From contig JAYTEX010000089.1 in the NCBI GenBank assembly GCA_043734785.1, positions 1 through 51,728 on the forward strand: a DNA stretch of 51,728 bases, given 5' to 3'. Origin of the DNA: Pseudomonadota bacterium (lineage in GTDB: Bacteria; Pseudomonadota; Gammaproteobacteria; Ga0077536). Of this stretch, positions 27,346 to 40,275 are shown piece by piece; the first letter of the stretch is position 1; every line of letters starts with the position of its first letter. The position numbers and the translations under genes are program-made. Below the pieces are notes generated by a model. The model saw only the letters and a list, made by a program, of their open reading frames with translations. It did not search any database and was not told the origin of the DNA.

Positions 27346-27523
27346 GCATCAAATAGGGACAGCCTATGGTCCTCAACAACCCGCCCACCGAGAGGCCGAA
27401 TATACGGTTGCTATCGATCTCACGTCCAAATGCTAAACCCCGTCTTTGCGAGCAGTAGGCTTTGTTGCAATCCGAGTGATCAATTAAGGCCCGGGAACCC
27501 AACTCTACACTAGACTACCCGGC

Positions 27524-29209
27524 ATGCTGCCGCCCCCGCGACCGATTCGCCCCCTCTCTGATCAACTGATCAACCAGATCGCGGCGGGCGAAGTGGTCGA
27601 GCGTCCGGCGTCTATTGTGAAAGAGTTGCTCGAGAACAGCCTGGATGCTGGCGCGAGTGCGATCCGCATCGACTTGCGCGGTGGTGGAATTGACTACATC
27701 GCGGTCGAAGACGATGGTCATGGCATTGCGCAGGATCAGCTGGTACTGGCGCTTGCTCGACACTGCACGAGCAAGATATCTCAGCGTGAGGATCTGGACG
27801 GCATCCTCTCGCTGGGTTTTCGGGGCGAGGCCTTGGCGAGCATCAGCGCCGTGGCAGAGGTGACGCTCACCTCGCGCGTGGCCGACGCCACCCATGCCTG
27901 GACCTTGCACTCGCAACCGAGCCGCGCGCCCACCACCAATCCCGCGAGTCGCGCGATCGGCACGACCATCACGATACGCGATTTGTTTGCCACCATTCCC
28001 GCACGGCGACACTTCCTGCGGCGTGCGACCACCGAGTTGCTGACCATCCAGCAACTGATTCGTGGGATCGCCTTCTGCGTGCCCGGCGTTGGGTTTACCG
28101 TGAATTACGAGCAGCGCCAATGGCATGCGCCCGCGGCGAAGGACGAACGTTCCAATGCGCTGCGATGGCGCGCGATTTTCGGGGCCGAATTCGCGCGTGA
28201 GGCGCGTTTTGTCGAGATTTCCACGACCGATCTGCGACTCTATGGCTGGCTGGGTCCGCCCGCGCTCGCGCGAGGCCAATCCGATCTGCAATTTCTGGCG
28301 GTGAACGGCCGGCTCATCCGTGATCGTCAGCTCGCGCATGGCATCCGGGCGGCGTTCGGGGACTCCTTGGCCACCGGTCGTTATGCGGCCTTCGCGCTGC
28401 ACCTCGAAGTCGCGCCGCATGAAGTCGACGTCAATGTCCACCCGAGCAAGACCGAGGTTCGCTTTCGGCGTCTGCGGGACGTGCATGATCTGCTCTACGC
28501 GGCGACGCGGCAGGTCCTCACCCAAGGCCCGCAATCGGTGCCCGTAGAGCCCGTGGTTTATCCCACTGCGCCGGCGTCATTGAGTGTTTTGCGCGTCGCA
28601 GAAGATTCGCGTCTGGCAGGCGAGTTGTATGTGCCGCGCGACCGGGGTGTGGCCGCAGGTGGCCCGAGCCCGAACCCTTTACCGACCGGCGGCGAACTGA
28701 TCGGTGGTCAATTCCTCGCCGTCATGGAGGCCGGCAGCACCACTATTTATGATTTCCTGACGCTTATCCGGGAATTGATTGATCCCGCGCGTGCGCCGGT
28801 TGCCTCGCGGGTCCTGACTTTCCCGAATCGCGTGCCCGCGCCGCCGGGGCCTGGCTTCGGCTTGGACCTTGCGGCCTATGCGGACTATGGGTTCGAGTTT
28901 GCCGCGATCGGCCCCACCGCGTGGGCGTTGCGTGCGGTGCCTGCCGTTTTGCCAGAACTGGATGGAGAGGCGTTGGTGCGCCAGCTACTCTGCGACCCGG
29001 GCTTCGCCGATGCGCCGCTCGCCGCCGCTGCACGCGCGAGCGCGAGCGCATTGCGTATTCCACTGGAGATGCCGTCACGCGCGGCCTGGATCGCGAGCTG
29101 GCGTGAACGCGCAAGTTCTGCGGGATTTGAGCTCAACCGTTATCAGCGCACTCTGGACGCCGTGGCGCTCACAAAAATATTTGCCAGTCCTCCGCGCGCT
29201 GATCAATGA
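27524..29209 (+). CDS. mutL: DNA mismatch repair protein MutL (divergent C-terminal domain)
   Basis: NQIAAGEVVERPAS, ENSLDAGA, DDGHGI, TSKI, GFRGEALASI, VDVNVHPSKTEVRF. Confidence 0.95.
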   Translation: MLPPPRPIRPLSDQLINQIAAGEVVERPASIVKELLENSLDAGASAIRIDLRGGGIDYIAVEDDGHGIAQDQLVLALARHCTSKISQREDLDGILSLGFRGEALASISAVAEVTLTSRVADATHAWTLHSQPSRAPTTNPASRAIGTTITIRDLFATIPARRHFLRRATTELLTIQQLIRGIAFCVPGVGFTVNYEQRQWHAPAAKDERSNALRWRAIFGAEFAREARFVEISTTDLRLYGWLGPPALARGQSDLQFLAVNGRLIRDRQLAHGIRAAFGDSLATGRYAAFALHLEVAPHEVDVNVHPSKTEVRFRRLRDVHDLLYAATRQVLTQGPQSVPVEPVVYPTAPASLSVLRVAEDSRLAGELYVPRDRGVAAGGPSPNPLPTGGELIGGQFLAVMEAGSTTIYDFLTLIRELIDPARAPVASRVLTFPNRVPAPPGPGFGLDLAAYADYGFEFAAIGPTAWALRAVPAVLPELDGEALVRQLLCDPGFADAPLAAAARASASALRIPLEMPSRAAWIASWRERASSAGFELNRYQRTLDAVALTKIFASPPRADQ

Positions 29210-30165
29210 AACAGGGGCGCGAGTGGCCGGTTATTGCTTTGATGGGTCCAACCGGGGCGGGCAAGACTGCAGCTGCGCTGGCCTTGGCGCGGGAGTTTCC
29301 GCTAGAGGTCGTGAGTGTCGATTCGGCGCAGGTCTACCGCGGTTTGGATATCGGCACCGCCAAGCCCGGTCCCATGCAGCAACGCGAAGTTACGCATCAC
29401 TTAATCGATATCTGCGATCCGGCCGATGCCTATTCGGCTGCGCGCTTCCGTCAGGATGCGCTGACCGCGATAGGGCAGATCCGTGCGCGTCAGCGGCTGC
29501 CCTTACTCGTCGGTGGCACCGGCTTGTATTTCCGCGCCTTGCAGCAAGGTCTGAGCGCACTGCCGCCCGCGAATCCGGCGACCCGGCGCGATCTCGAAGA
29601 AACTTATGGGCCTCAAGGCGGGCGCGCCATGCATCAACGATTGCAAGAGGTTGATCCCATCAGCGCGGCGCGCATCCATCCGAATGATCCACAGCGGGTG
29701 CTGCGCGCGCTGGAGATATTCGCCCTGACGGGACGTTCCATGACCGATCTGATGGCGGTGATGCCGCCGGCCGGGGCGCCTTTCCCCGTGCTCAACTGGG
29801 TCATCGCACCGCGCGAGCGTAGTGGCCTCCATGCACGCCTCGCGACTCGGTTCCACTCCATGCTCGAGCGGGGGCTGATCAATGAGGTGATGGGGCTGCG
29901 CGCGCGGCCCGATCTTGATCTGGACAAACCGGCGATGCGCGCGGTGGGCTATCGTGCGGTCTGGCAATACCTCGCCGGAGAACTTACTTTCGAGCGAATG
30001 GTCGATACGAGTGTCGCTGCGACGCGGCAACTCGCGAAGCGGCAGTGCACTTGGTTTCGTTCGGTGACCGGCGCTATCTGGTGGGACAGTGAGGATCGAA
30101 CACTGGTGGCGGGGCTCTGCCGTGCGTTAGAGGATCGTGCGCGAGAGCTCGACCACGACCGGTGA
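29206..30165 (+). CDS. miaA: tRNA dimethylallyltransferase
   Basis: GPTGAGKT, DSAQVYRGLDIGTAKP, VGGTGLY, HPND.QR, AKRQ.TW. Confidence 0.97.
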   Translation: MKQGREWPVIALMGPTGAGKTAAALALAREFPLEVVSVDSAQVYRGLDIGTAKPGPMQQREVTHHLIDICDPADAYSAARFRQDALTAIGQIRARQRLPLLVGGTGLYFRALQQGLSALPPANPATRRDLEETYGPQGGRAMHQRLQEVDPISAARIHPNDPQRVLRALEIFALTGRSMTDLMAVMPPAGAPFPVLNWVIAPRERSGLHARLATRFHSMLERGLINEVMGLRARPDLDLDKPAMRAVGYRAVWQYLAGELTFERMVDTSVAATRQLAKRQCTWFRSVTGAIWWDSEDRTLVAGLCRALEDRARELDHDR

Positions 30166-30179
30166 TTGTCGATTATACT

Positions 30180-30211
30180 TCGGCCGCAGGCGCTCACCAG
30201 CCTGCGGCCGA
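30180..30211 (+). other. 12-bp hairpin in the hfq leader
   Basis: TCGGCCGCAGGC-GCTCACCA-GCCTGCGGCCGA, directly after a TATACT hexamer (30174-30179). Confidence 0.6.
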
Positions 30212-30322
30212 GGCCGCCGCTTGTACCTTCCGGAGACCTTAGAGGTTAAGGCGGAAAACGGTGTTACTCAACCGCATAATTCCAACGTCCACGGCACACA
30301 TCAAGAATAAAGGAGAACCACA

Positions 30323-30568
30323 GTGACCAAGGGACAATCTCTCCAAGAGCCTTACCTTAACGCCTTGCGCAAGGAACGCATTCCGGTGTCGATCTACCTG
30401 GTGAATGGAATCAAACTCCAGGGCCAGATCGAATCCTTTGACCAATTTGTTATTCTGCTCAAGAACGCGGTAAGCCAGATGGTTTATAAGCATGCCATCT
30501 CCACCGTGGTGCCCGCGCGCAATGTGATATTGCCGCGCGCGGATAGTGAGCCGGAAGACGAGGAATAG
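30323..30568 (+). CDS. hfq: RNA chaperone Hfq
   Basis: [36 protein letters not shown]; AAGGAG SD, GTG start. Confidence 0.98.
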   Translation: MTKGQSLQEPYLNALRKERIPVSIYLVNGIKLQGQIESFDQFVILLKNAVSQMVYKHAISTVVPARNVILPRADSEPEDEE

Positions 30569-30591
30569 ACCGTTGCACGAGGCCTTGACGT

Positions 30592-31860
30592 TTGTTTGAA
30601 CGGCCGCCTGGCGGCGAGCGAGCGGTCCTCGTCAATGTCGAGCTGCCACCGCCGGCACGACCGGGGGATGCCGCCGAGTTCCATGAACTGGTCCGCTCGG
30701 CCGGCGTAGTGCCGGTGCTGACAGTATCCGCGCGCCGCGCTAGGCCCGACCCTAAGTATTTCGTGGGGGTGGGCAAAGCGATGGAACTCAAAGCTGCAGT
30801 CGAGCAGTACAGCGCGGAGGTGGTGCTCTTCGACCGCAGTCTCTCGCCGGCGCAGGAACGTAATCTAGAGCGGCTTCTCTGTTGCCGGGTACTGGACCGT
30901 AACGGGGTGATTCTCGATATTTTTGCGCAGCGTGCGCGCTCCTTCGAAGGCAAGCTGCAGGTCGAGATGGCGCAACTCACGCACTTGTCGACGCGACTCG
31001 TGCGCGGCTGGACCCATCTCGAACGGCAGCGCGGGGGTATTGGCTTGCGCGGTCCGGGCGAAACCCAGCTCGAAACCGATCGACGACTGATCGGCAAACG
31101 CATCAAGCAACTCGCGGAACGGCTGGAAAAGGTGCGCCGCCAACGCGCGGAGGGCACCCGCGCGCGTAAACGCGCCGCTTTGTCAACGGCCGCGCTGGTG
31201 GGCTACACGAATGCGGGCAAATCGACACTGTTCAATCAGCTTACCTCCAGCCAGACCTATACGGCAGATCAGTTATTTGCCACCTTGGATACGACCCTGC
31301 GGCGAATGAACGTGCCGGGCGAACACCCGGTACTGGTCAGCGATACGGTGGGGTTCATCCGCGACCTGCCACCGGAATTGATTGCCGCATTTCAAGCGAC
31401 TTTGGACGAAACCAAGGATGCGACTTTGTTGCTGCACGTGCTCGATGCGGCAGCCGATGATCTCGATTTGCGTCGCGCCGAAGTCCAGATGGTGCTCGAA
31501 CGTATCGGTGCTGGCGCCACGCCTGTGATCGAAGTTTTCAACAAAATTGATTTGAGTGCCAACCCCGCGCCGCGCGTCGAGCCTGCGGGTGACGGCATGC
31601 CGCTGCGGGTGTGGGTATCGGCGCAGTGTGGGGTTGGTCTCGATTTGCTCAAGCAGGCAATTGCCGATCAGTTGGCGCACGCCAAGCAACGGCGGCGCAT
31701 CGAATTGCCAGCGCACGCCGGACGCCTGCGAGCCCAACTCTATGAAAACGGCGCGGTGCTGACCGAAGAGCTCCTCACTGACGGCGGGTGGGCGCTGGAA
31801 GTAATGGTCAGCGACGCGCGCTGGTCCCAGCTCATCGTCGATACGGATAATTCGCGTTGA
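30592..31860 (+). CDS. hflX: Ribosome-splitting GTPase HflX
   Basis: GPGETQLETDRR, GYTNAGKST, LFATLD, DTVGF, NKID. Confidence 0.97.
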   Translation: MFERPPGGERAVLVNVELPPPARPGDAAEFHELVRSAGVVPVLTVSARRARPDPKYFVGVGKAMELKAAVEQYSAEVVLFDRSLSPAQERNLERLLCCRVLDRNGVILDIFAQRARSFEGKLQVEMAQLTHLSTRLVRGWTHLERQRGGIGLRGPGETQLETDRRLIGKRIKQLAERLEKVRRQRAEGTRARKRAALSTAALVGYTNAGKSTLFNQLTSSQTYTADQLFATLDTTLRRMNVPGEHPVLVSDTVGFIRDLPPELIAAFQATLDETKDATLLLHVLDAAADDLDLRRAEVQMVLERIGAGATPVIEVFNKIDLSANPAPRVEPAGDGMPLRVWVSAQCGVGLDLLKQAIADQLAHAKQRRRIELPAHAGRLRAQLYENGAVLTEELLTDGGWALEVMVSDARWSQLIVDTDNSR

Positions 31861-31929
31861 AGTGGTCTAGGCGACGCCCTACAATCGACGACCGGCTTGC
31901 CACAAGTCAACCAAAATTGAGACAGATTA

Positions 31930-33078
31930 ATGGGTTGGAATGAACCGAACGACAATAACCGCGATCCATGGGGCGGGCGACGCAACGAACGAGGCCCGCC
32001 GGACCTGGATGAAATCGTGCGCAAGCTGCAAGAGAAGCTCAGCGCCATGTTCGGGCGACGTCCACGGAGTGCTGGTATTCGCGGTCCATCGAATGCGTCG
32101 GCCTCCACCTGGCTTCTCATCGCGCTCATCGCGGGCGCAGGGCTGCTCTACGAGATTTTCTGGCGTATCGAGCCGGCGGAGCGTGGAGTCGTGTTGCGTT
32201 TCGGTAAATACGTGACCACCTTGCAACCGGGGCCGCATTTCCGGTTCCCGCGACCGATCGAAAAGGTGATCAAGGTCAACATCGAGCAGATCCGCGGTTT
32301 TAGTGTCAATGCCACCATGCTGACCAAAGACGAGAACATTACCCAGCTTGAACTCGCGGTGCAGTACCGCATCAAGGACGTGTCGAATTATCTGCTCAAG
32401 ATTGCGGATCCCGACCAGACGGTGCAGCGCGCCGCGGAAAGCGCGATCCGTGAAACCATCGGCAGCAGAACCTTTGATTTCGTGATTAACGAGGGACGGG
32501 CGGAGGTGGCGGCTAATGCCGGTCAACACTTGCAGGGAATGCTGGATAACTACCAGAGCGGGATCGAAGTCACCAGCGTGAACATGTTGAGCGCGACCGC
32601 GCCGGAAGACGTCAAGTCCTCGTTCGACGATGCGATTAAATCGCGCGAAGACAAGCAACGCAAAATCAACGAGGCCGAAGCGTATCGGAATGAAAACGTC
32701 GAACGCGCGCAAGGCGAGGCGGCACGGATCCGGCTCGAATCCGAGGGCTACAAAGCGCAGGTCGTATCGCGCGCCGAAGGCGAAGCACGGCGCTTCGATC
32801 AACTACTCGCGGCGTTCGAGCAAGCGCCCGATGTGACGCGGCAGCGCCTGTATCTCGAGACGGTAGAAGCGGTGCTGGCAGGCAGCAAGAAGGTCCTGAT
32901 GCAAAAAAACGGGAGCGGTAACGTGACTTACCTGCCACTGGACAAACTGCTCGAACGCGCGCCAACGCAGCGCGCAGAAACGGATGCGACTGCAGTGCCT
33001 GATCCAGATCTGTATACCGCGCCGGGCGATGCCGCCGCACGCTTGCGTGATAACAGCCGCCTGCGGGGGACACGCTGA
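31930..33078 (+). CDS. hflK: FtsH modulator HflK
   Basis: MGWNEP, GPPDLDE, TM helix, GVVLRFGK, MLTKDENI, APDVTRQRLYLE. Confidence 0.96.
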   Translation: MGWNEPNDNNRDPWGGRRNERGPPDLDEIVRKLQEKLSAMFGRRPRSAGIRGPSNASASTWLLIALIAGAGLLYEIFWRIEPAERGVVLRFGKYVTTLQPGPHFRFPRPIEKVIKVNIEQIRGFSVNATMLTKDENITQLELAVQYRIKDVSNYLLKIADPDQTVQRAAESAIRETIGSRTFDFVINEGRAEVAANAGQHLQGMLDNYQSGIEVTSVNMLSATAPEDVKSSFDDAIKSREDKQRKINEAEAYRNENVERAQGEAARIRLESEGYKAQVVSRAEGEARRFDQLLAAFEQAPDVTRQRLYLETVEAVLAGSKKVLMQKNGSGNVTYLPLDKLLERAPTQRAETDATAVPDPDLYTAPGDAAARLRDNSRLRGTR

Positions 33079-33935
33079 TGTTAGCGCGGGTTCTGCTTGT
33101 CAGCCTGTTTGTGGTCGTGACGGCGTCACTGAGCATGTTTCGCGTGTTCGAACAGGAACGGGTCATCCTGTTTCAATTGGGTGAAGTCAAGCGCGCCGAC
33201 TACAAACCTGGCCTGCACTTCAAAATTCCGTTCTATCAAAACGTGGCTAAATTCGACAGCCGCTTGCAGAACATCGAATTTGAACCTCAGCGATTTCTGA
33301 CCGGCGAAAAGAAAGACGTCATCGTCGACTCCTTCGTACGCTGGAAGATCAAGGATGTGGTGCGGTTCTATCTGGCGACGGGGGGTGATCCGCGTCGCGC
33401 CCAGATCCTGGTCTATCAGAAAGTGAATGATGGTCTGCGCAATGAGTTCGGCAAGCGCACGCTCCAGGAAGTGGTCGCCGGTGATCGGGGTTCCATTCGC
33501 GGCATTGTGACCGGCACCAAGGATCTCGGCGAGGAACTCGGCATCGAGATCGTGGATGTGCGCCTGAAGCGCATCGATCTGCCGACGGAAGTGAACAACT
33601 CGGTGTACGAAAGAATGCGCTCGGAGCGTGCGCGGGTCGCACGCCAGAATCGCGCAAGCGGCGAGCGCGAAGCGACCACAATCCGTGCCGACGCCGACCG
33701 GGCGCGGGTGGTTATCAGTGCCGAGGCCTACCGTGAATCGGAAATTTTGCGTGGCGAAGGCGATGCTAAAGCGGCGACGATTTATGCCAAGGTGTACAGC
33801 AAGAACCCGGAATTCTATGCCTTCCATCGCAGCCTGAACGCCTATCGCGAGAGCTTCAACTCCAGACAAGACCTGATGCTGTTGCAACCCGACTCCGATT
33901 TTTTCAAGTACTTCAACAGTCCCTCTCCGCACTAA
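33078..33935 (+). CDS. hflC: FtsH modulator HflC
   Basis: PGLHFKIPF, VDVRLKRIDLP, RMRSER, GEGDA, EFYAFHRSL.AY, SDFFKY. Confidence 0.96.
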   Translation: MLARVLLVSLFVVVTASLSMFRVFEQERVILFQLGEVKRADYKPGLHFKIPFYQNVAKFDSRLQNIEFEPQRFLTGEKKDVIVDSFVRWKIKDVVRFYLATGGDPRRAQILVYQKVNDGLRNEFGKRTLQEVVAGDRGSIRGIVTGTKDLGEELGIEIVDVRLKRIDLPTEVNNSVYERMRSERARVARQNRASGEREATTIRADADRARVVISAEAYRESEILRGEGDAKAATIYAKVYSKNPEFYAFHRSLNAYRESFNSRQDLMLLQPDSDFFKYFNSPSPH

Positions 33936-33938
33936 GCG

Positions 33939-33962
33939 AGTCGCAGTTCCAGCACTGCGACT
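33939..33962. other. Intergenic hairpin after hflC
   Basis: AGTCGCAGT-TCCAGC-ACTGCGACT perfect 9-bp stem, no U-tract. Confidence 0.55.
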
Positions 33963-34004
33963 GACGCGAACGGTCTGTGGTCTGTGACGCCTGGATGACG
34001 TGAG

Positions 34005-34193
34005 ATGTGGAAAGACTTGGGGGCGGCGCTCGCGCTGGGTTTGGTGCTGGAGGGACTGCTGCCGTTTCTGAACCCTCGGCGCTTCCGCGATTCCATGGCC
34101 GCCATCGTGCAATTTAGTGATCGCGGTCTGCGCACCTTGGGACTTTTGAGCATGCTGGGCGGCGTTATCCTGTTATATGTTGTGAGGTCATGA
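34005..34193 (+). CDS. yjeT: DUF2065 small membrane protein
   Basis: ALGLVLEGLLPFLNP...LR..GL.SMLGG; position between hflC and purA. Confidence 0.9.
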   Translation: MWKDLGAALALGLVLEGLLPFLNPRRFRDSMAAIVQFSDRGLRTLGLLSMLGGVILLYVVRS

Positions 34194-34194
34194 T

Positions 34195-35376
34195 GTGACG
34201 ACGCAAAGTCGCTGGTTACTGCCGGATGGAGTCGACGAGCAATTGCCGCCGGACGCGCCACATCTAGAGCAACTACGTCGCCTAGCGCTCGATCTATTCG
34301 CCTGCTGGGGCTACCAGCTGTGCATGCCGCCGCTGGTCGAGTTCCTCGACTCGCTGTTATCGGGTGTCGGCGAGGACCTGGAACTGCAAACCTTCAAACT
34401 GACCGATCAGCTTAGCGGACGCATGCTGGGCATTCCGGCCGATATCACTCCGCAAATCGCGCGTATTGACGCACACCGGCTGCCGATTGATGGCCCCCAA
34501 CGCCTGTGCTACCTAGGACCGATCCTGCACACGCGCCCCGACAAATTCGCTGGCTCGCGCAACCCGCTACAGGTTGGCGCCGAACTTTATGGCCACGCAG
34601 GCATCGACGCCGATGCCGAAATCCAATCTCTAATGCTGGCCTTGCTTGAAACCATGGGCATTCAGGACGTCACGCTTGAGTTGTGCCACATGGGCATTTT
34701 TCGCGGCCTCAGCCGTGCTGCCGGATTAGACGCCGAAGCGGACCACCGGCTACTTGACGCGTTATTGCGCAAGGATCGTACCGAAGTCGATCAGGTGCTG
34801 GCAGTCTCGGAGGTGACGAGCGATATGGCGAGAATGTTTCGCGCACTGCTTGATTTGAATGGTGATGCCGGCGTGGTGGTGCAGGCGAAGGCGAAGTTGC
34901 AGCATGCGCCCGCATTGGTGATCGCTGCAGTCCAGGCGCTTGCGGAGCTGGTTGTCCAAATCGAGCAACGCTGCCCGCGCGCAACGATTCATGTGGATTT
35001 GGCTGAATTGCGCGGCTACCACTACCACACCGGGATTATGTTCGCGGCCTACACCGTCGGATTCGGGCGCGCGATCGCGTGGGGTGGGCGCTACGATAAC
35101 GTCGGGGCCTATTTCGGGCGCGCGCGGCCTGCCACAGGGTTTAGCGCGGATATGAAACTGCTGGCCGCGATCAGCGCGCTGCCTTGCCCTGTGGGCAATC
35201 CGATTTTTGCGCCTGCGGGGTGCGCGCCCACCCTGCTTAGCGCGATCGAGTCCCTGCGCAACACCGGACGCGCGGTGATTCAGGCCTTGCCCGGCCAGGT
35301 CGGCGGTGCGCGTGAAGCCGGTTGTCAGCAGCAAATGTGGGAAGTCGCTGGGTGCTGGCAGCTCCAGGACCTATAG
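34195..35376 (+). CDS. hisZ: ATP phosphoribosyltransferase regulatory subunit
   Basis: WLLPDGV, DQLSGRMLG..ADITPQ.ARIDAH, QVGAELYG, GYHYHTG, GGRYD, RPATGFS. Confidence 0.95.
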   Translation: MTTQSRWLLPDGVDEQLPPDAPHLEQLRRLALDLFACWGYQLCMPPLVEFLDSLLSGVGEDLELQTFKLTDQLSGRMLGIPADITPQIARIDAHRLPIDGPQRLCYLGPILHTRPDKFAGSRNPLQVGAELYGHAGIDADAEIQSLMLALLETMGIQDVTLELCHMGIFRGLSRAAGLDAEADHRLLDALLRKDRTEVDQVLAVSEVTSDMARMFRALLDLNGDAGVVVQAKAKLQHAPALVIAAVQALAELVVQIEQRCPRATIHVDLAELRGYHYHTGIMFAAYTVGFGRAIAWGGRYDNVGAYFGRARPATGFSADMKLLAAISALPCPVGNPIFAPAGCAPTLLSAIESLRNTGRAVIQALPGQVGGAREAGCQQQMWEVAGCWQLQDL

Positions 35377-37304
<1,928 letters not shown>

Positions 37305-37347
37305 CACAGACGCCATCACAGCGACTGGGATAAAAGGCGTACTCCGC

Positions 37348-38787
37348 ATGAAGCAAGCAGACATTGGCGTGATTGGCCTCGCGGTGATGGGGCGCAATCT
37401 TGCACTCAACCTGGCCGACCATGGCTTTGTGGTCGCGGTGCATAACCGGACCCTCGCCAAAACTGAGCAGCTACTGGCGGCGCATCCCGAGAAGTCCCTG
37501 CTGAGTTGTCCAACTCTGCAGGTGTTCACGCAAGCCTTGCAACGCCCGCGCGTGTGTTTGTTGATGATCCAGGCGGGCGCTGCGGTCGATGCGCAGATTG
37601 AAGCACTACTCCCGCTACTTGAAGCCGGCGATACCATCATCGATGGTGGCAATTCTTTGTGGGAAGACTCGAATCGACGCCTCGGCTTTCTGCAGGCCCG
37701 CGGCATCCACTTCATCGGCATGGGCATCTCGGGTGGCGAAGAAGGCGCACGCCATGGCCCGTCGCTAATGCCGGGAGGATCGGCCGCTGCCTGGCCGCGA
37801 GTGCGCGCAATGTTTCAAGCCATCGCCGCCAAAGTAGACGGCGTGCCGTGTTGCGAGTGGATGGGCGACGGCGGCGCCGGACATTACGTGAAAATGGTCC
37901 ACAACGGCATCGAATATGGCGACATGCAACTGATCGGCGAAGCCTATCAACTGTTGCGCGAGGGGGTGGGGCAGAGCGCGGACGAACTCACCCAGACATT
38001 CCGCACCTGGAATCAAGGTCCGCTCGCGTCGTATCTGATCGAAATCACGGCGGAAATTCTCGCCGTACGCAATCGCGATGGCGCGTTATTCATCGACGGC
38101 ATTGTGGATAGCAGCGGCCAGAAAGGCACTGGCAAATGGACTGCCAGCAACGCGATCGAACTCGGTGTGCCGCTGACCTTGATCGCGGAGGCCGTGAGCA
38201 GCCGCTTTCTATCGTCGCTGAAATCCGAACGAGAAGTCGCAGCACGGATCCTCGCCAACGACGGGCTGCGCGCCAGCGAGCTGCCGGCGGCACCCTTGGT
38301 GGAAGCCATCCACGCGGCGCTGTACTGCTCGAAACTGGTGTCCTACGCGCAGGGCTTCATGCTGTTGCGTGCCGCCGCCACCCATTATGACTGGCAACTC
38401 GCATTTGGGGACATTGCGTTAGTGTGGCGTGGCGGGTGCATTATTCGCAGTCGTTTCCTCGATCAAATTAAGGCGGCTTATACGCGCAATCCAGCGCTCG
38501 ATAATCTCCTGATCGACGAGTTTTTTGCGCACGAATTTGCGCGCTATGCGAGCGGCTGGCGCCGCGCCATCAGTTTTGGCATCGAGCGCGGCATTCCACT
38601 ACCGGCGTTTAGTGCCGCGCTGTCATTCTTCGACGGTTATCGCTGTGCCCGCTTACCGGCGAACCTGCTCCAGGCGCAGCGCGATTACTTCGGGGCCCAT
38701 ACGTATCAAAGAGTCGACGCGCCCGCTGGCCGGCATTTCCATTTCGACTGGACCGGCACGCGCCAGGAGCACGCACTCGATGACTGA
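37348..38787 (+). CDS. gnd: 6-phosphogluconate dehydrogenase, decarboxylating
   Basis: [51 protein letters not shown]. Confidence 0.97.
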   Translation: MKQADIGVIGLAVMGRNLALNLADHGFVVAVHNRTLAKTEQLLAAHPEKSLLSCPTLQVFTQALQRPRVCLLMIQAGAAVDAQIEALLPLLEAGDTIIDGGNSLWEDSNRRLGFLQARGIHFIGMGISGGEEGARHGPSLMPGGSAAAWPRVRAMFQAIAAKVDGVPCCEWMGDGGAGHYVKMVHNGIEYGDMQLIGEAYQLLREGVGQSADELTQTFRTWNQGPLASYLIEITAEILAVRNRDGALFIDGIVDSSGQKGTGKWTASNAIELGVPLTLIAEAVSSRFLSSLKSEREVAARILANDGLRASELPAAPLVEAIHAALYCSKLVSYAQGFMLLRAAATHYDWQLAFGDIALVWRGGCIIRSRFLDQIKAAYTRNPALDNLLIDEFFAHEFARYASGWRRAISFGIERGIPLPAFSAALSFFDGYRCARLPANLLQAQRDYFGAHTYQRVDAPAGRHFHFDWTGTRQEHALDD

Positions 38788-40264
38788 ACCGTGCACCTAT
38801 GTGATCTTCGGCGCGACCGGGAACCTCGCCTCGATCAAGCTGCTGCCCGCGTTGTATCACCTCGACCGCGCGCAACGCTTGAACAGTGACGTGCGCGTGC
38901 TGTGCTGCGGACGCTCGGATTACTCCCAGGCACAATGGCGTGCGGCGGTAAGCGGTTGGGTCAGCGAGAAAGCGCGGGGCGGTCTCGACCGAGCGGTATT
39001 CGAGCGTTTCGCGGCGCGCCTGCACTATTTTCGCGGTGACTTGCACGATCCGGCCATGTACCCCGCGCTCGAAGCGCAGCTGGCGGATTCGCCGACCACC
39101 AACGCCGCGTTTTACATGTCGGTCGGACCGGCCGAGTTTGGCCTCATCACGGAACGCCTTAGCCAGCACGGCATGCTGCGCGAGGATAGGGGTTGGCGCC
39201 GGGTTGTCGTGGAGAAGCCCTTCGGCCACGATCTGGTCAGCGCGCAGGACTTGCAACGCAAAATCAGTCGCCATGTCGAGGAGTCGCAAATTTACCGCAT
39301 CGATCACTATCTCGGCAAAGCTACCGTGCAAAACGTGCTGGTATTTCGCTTTGCGAATCTGATGATGGAGCCGCTGTGGAATCGAAATTATATCGATCAC
39401 GTTCAAATTACGCATGCGGAAACCTTGGGTGTGGGTACGCGTGGGGGGTTCTACGACAGCGCGGGCGCCTTGCGCGACATGATCCAGAGCCACCTTCTAC
39501 AGATGCTGACCCTGGTGGCGATGGAGCCACCGGCGGCGATGGAAGCGGAGTCGTTGCGCGACGAAAAGGTGAAGGTGCTCAAGTCGGTGCGCGCGATAAC
39601 GAAAGGCGCAGTGCATTCACAGGCGTTTCGTGCCCAGTACGCGGCGGGGGAGCTTGGCGGCGCGCGAGTCGCGGGCTATCGCGACGAAGAGAAAGTCGAT
39701 GCGCGTAGCGTCACCGAAACCTATGCGGCACTCAAGGTCTATATCGATAACTGGCGCTGGCGCGGGGTGCCTTTTTATTTGCGCACCGGAAAAAGAATGG
39801 CCGAAGCGCGCTCGATGGTATCGATTTGTTTCAAGCACCCACCGTTACAATTCTTCCGCGGAACACATGTCGATCGGCTGCACTCGAATTGGGTGATCCT
39901 CGGCATTCAGCCCGAGGAATCCCTGCGCGTGGAGATTACGGCCAAGGAACCAGGGCTTGAGATGCGCACGCGACAACTGTCGCTCGATGCGCATTTCCGC
40001 GAGAGTCAGCACGAGAAGACCGATGCCTACGAAGATTTACTGCTCGATGTGATCCGCGGCGATCGCTCATTATTCCTGCGCTACGACGAAGTGGAATATG
40101 CCTGGCGGGTGATCGATCCCGTGCTGTCTGTCTGGGCCACCGAAACCGACTACATCCCAAGTTATGCCGCGGGGAGCTGGGGACCGCGTGAATCACGGCG
40201 TATCTTCGATCGCGAAGAGCATCGCTGGCGCCACACCCTGGAACCGCAGGACCCGGAAGAATAG
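38780..40264 (+). CDS. zwf: Glucose-6-phosphate 1-dehydrogenase
   Basis: [42 protein letters not shown]; ATG 38780 overlaps the gnd stop. Confidence 0.97.
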   Translation: MTEPCTYVIFGATGNLASIKLLPALYHLDRAQRLNSDVRVLCCGRSDYSQAQWRAAVSGWVSEKARGGLDRAVFERFAARLHYFRGDLHDPAMYPALEAQLADSPTTNAAFYMSVGPAEFGLITERLSQHGMLREDRGWRRVVVEKPFGHDLVSAQDLQRKISRHVEESQIYRIDHYLGKATVQNVLVFRFANLMMEPLWNRNYIDHVQITHAETLGVGTRGGFYDSAGALRDMIQSHLLQMLTLVAMEPPAAMEAESLRDEKVKVLKSVRAITKGAVHSQAFRAQYAAGELGGARVAGYRDEEKVDARSVTETYAALKVYIDNWRWRGVPFYLRTGKRMAEARSMVSICFKHPPLQFFRGTHVDRLHSNWVILGIQPEESLRVEITAKEPGLEMRTRQLSLDAHFRESQHEKTDAYEDLLLDVIRGDRSLFLRYDEVEYAWRVIDPVLSVWATETDYIPSYAAGSWGPRESRRIFDREEHRWRHTLEPQDPEE

Positions 40265-40275
40265 TCGGGCGACTC

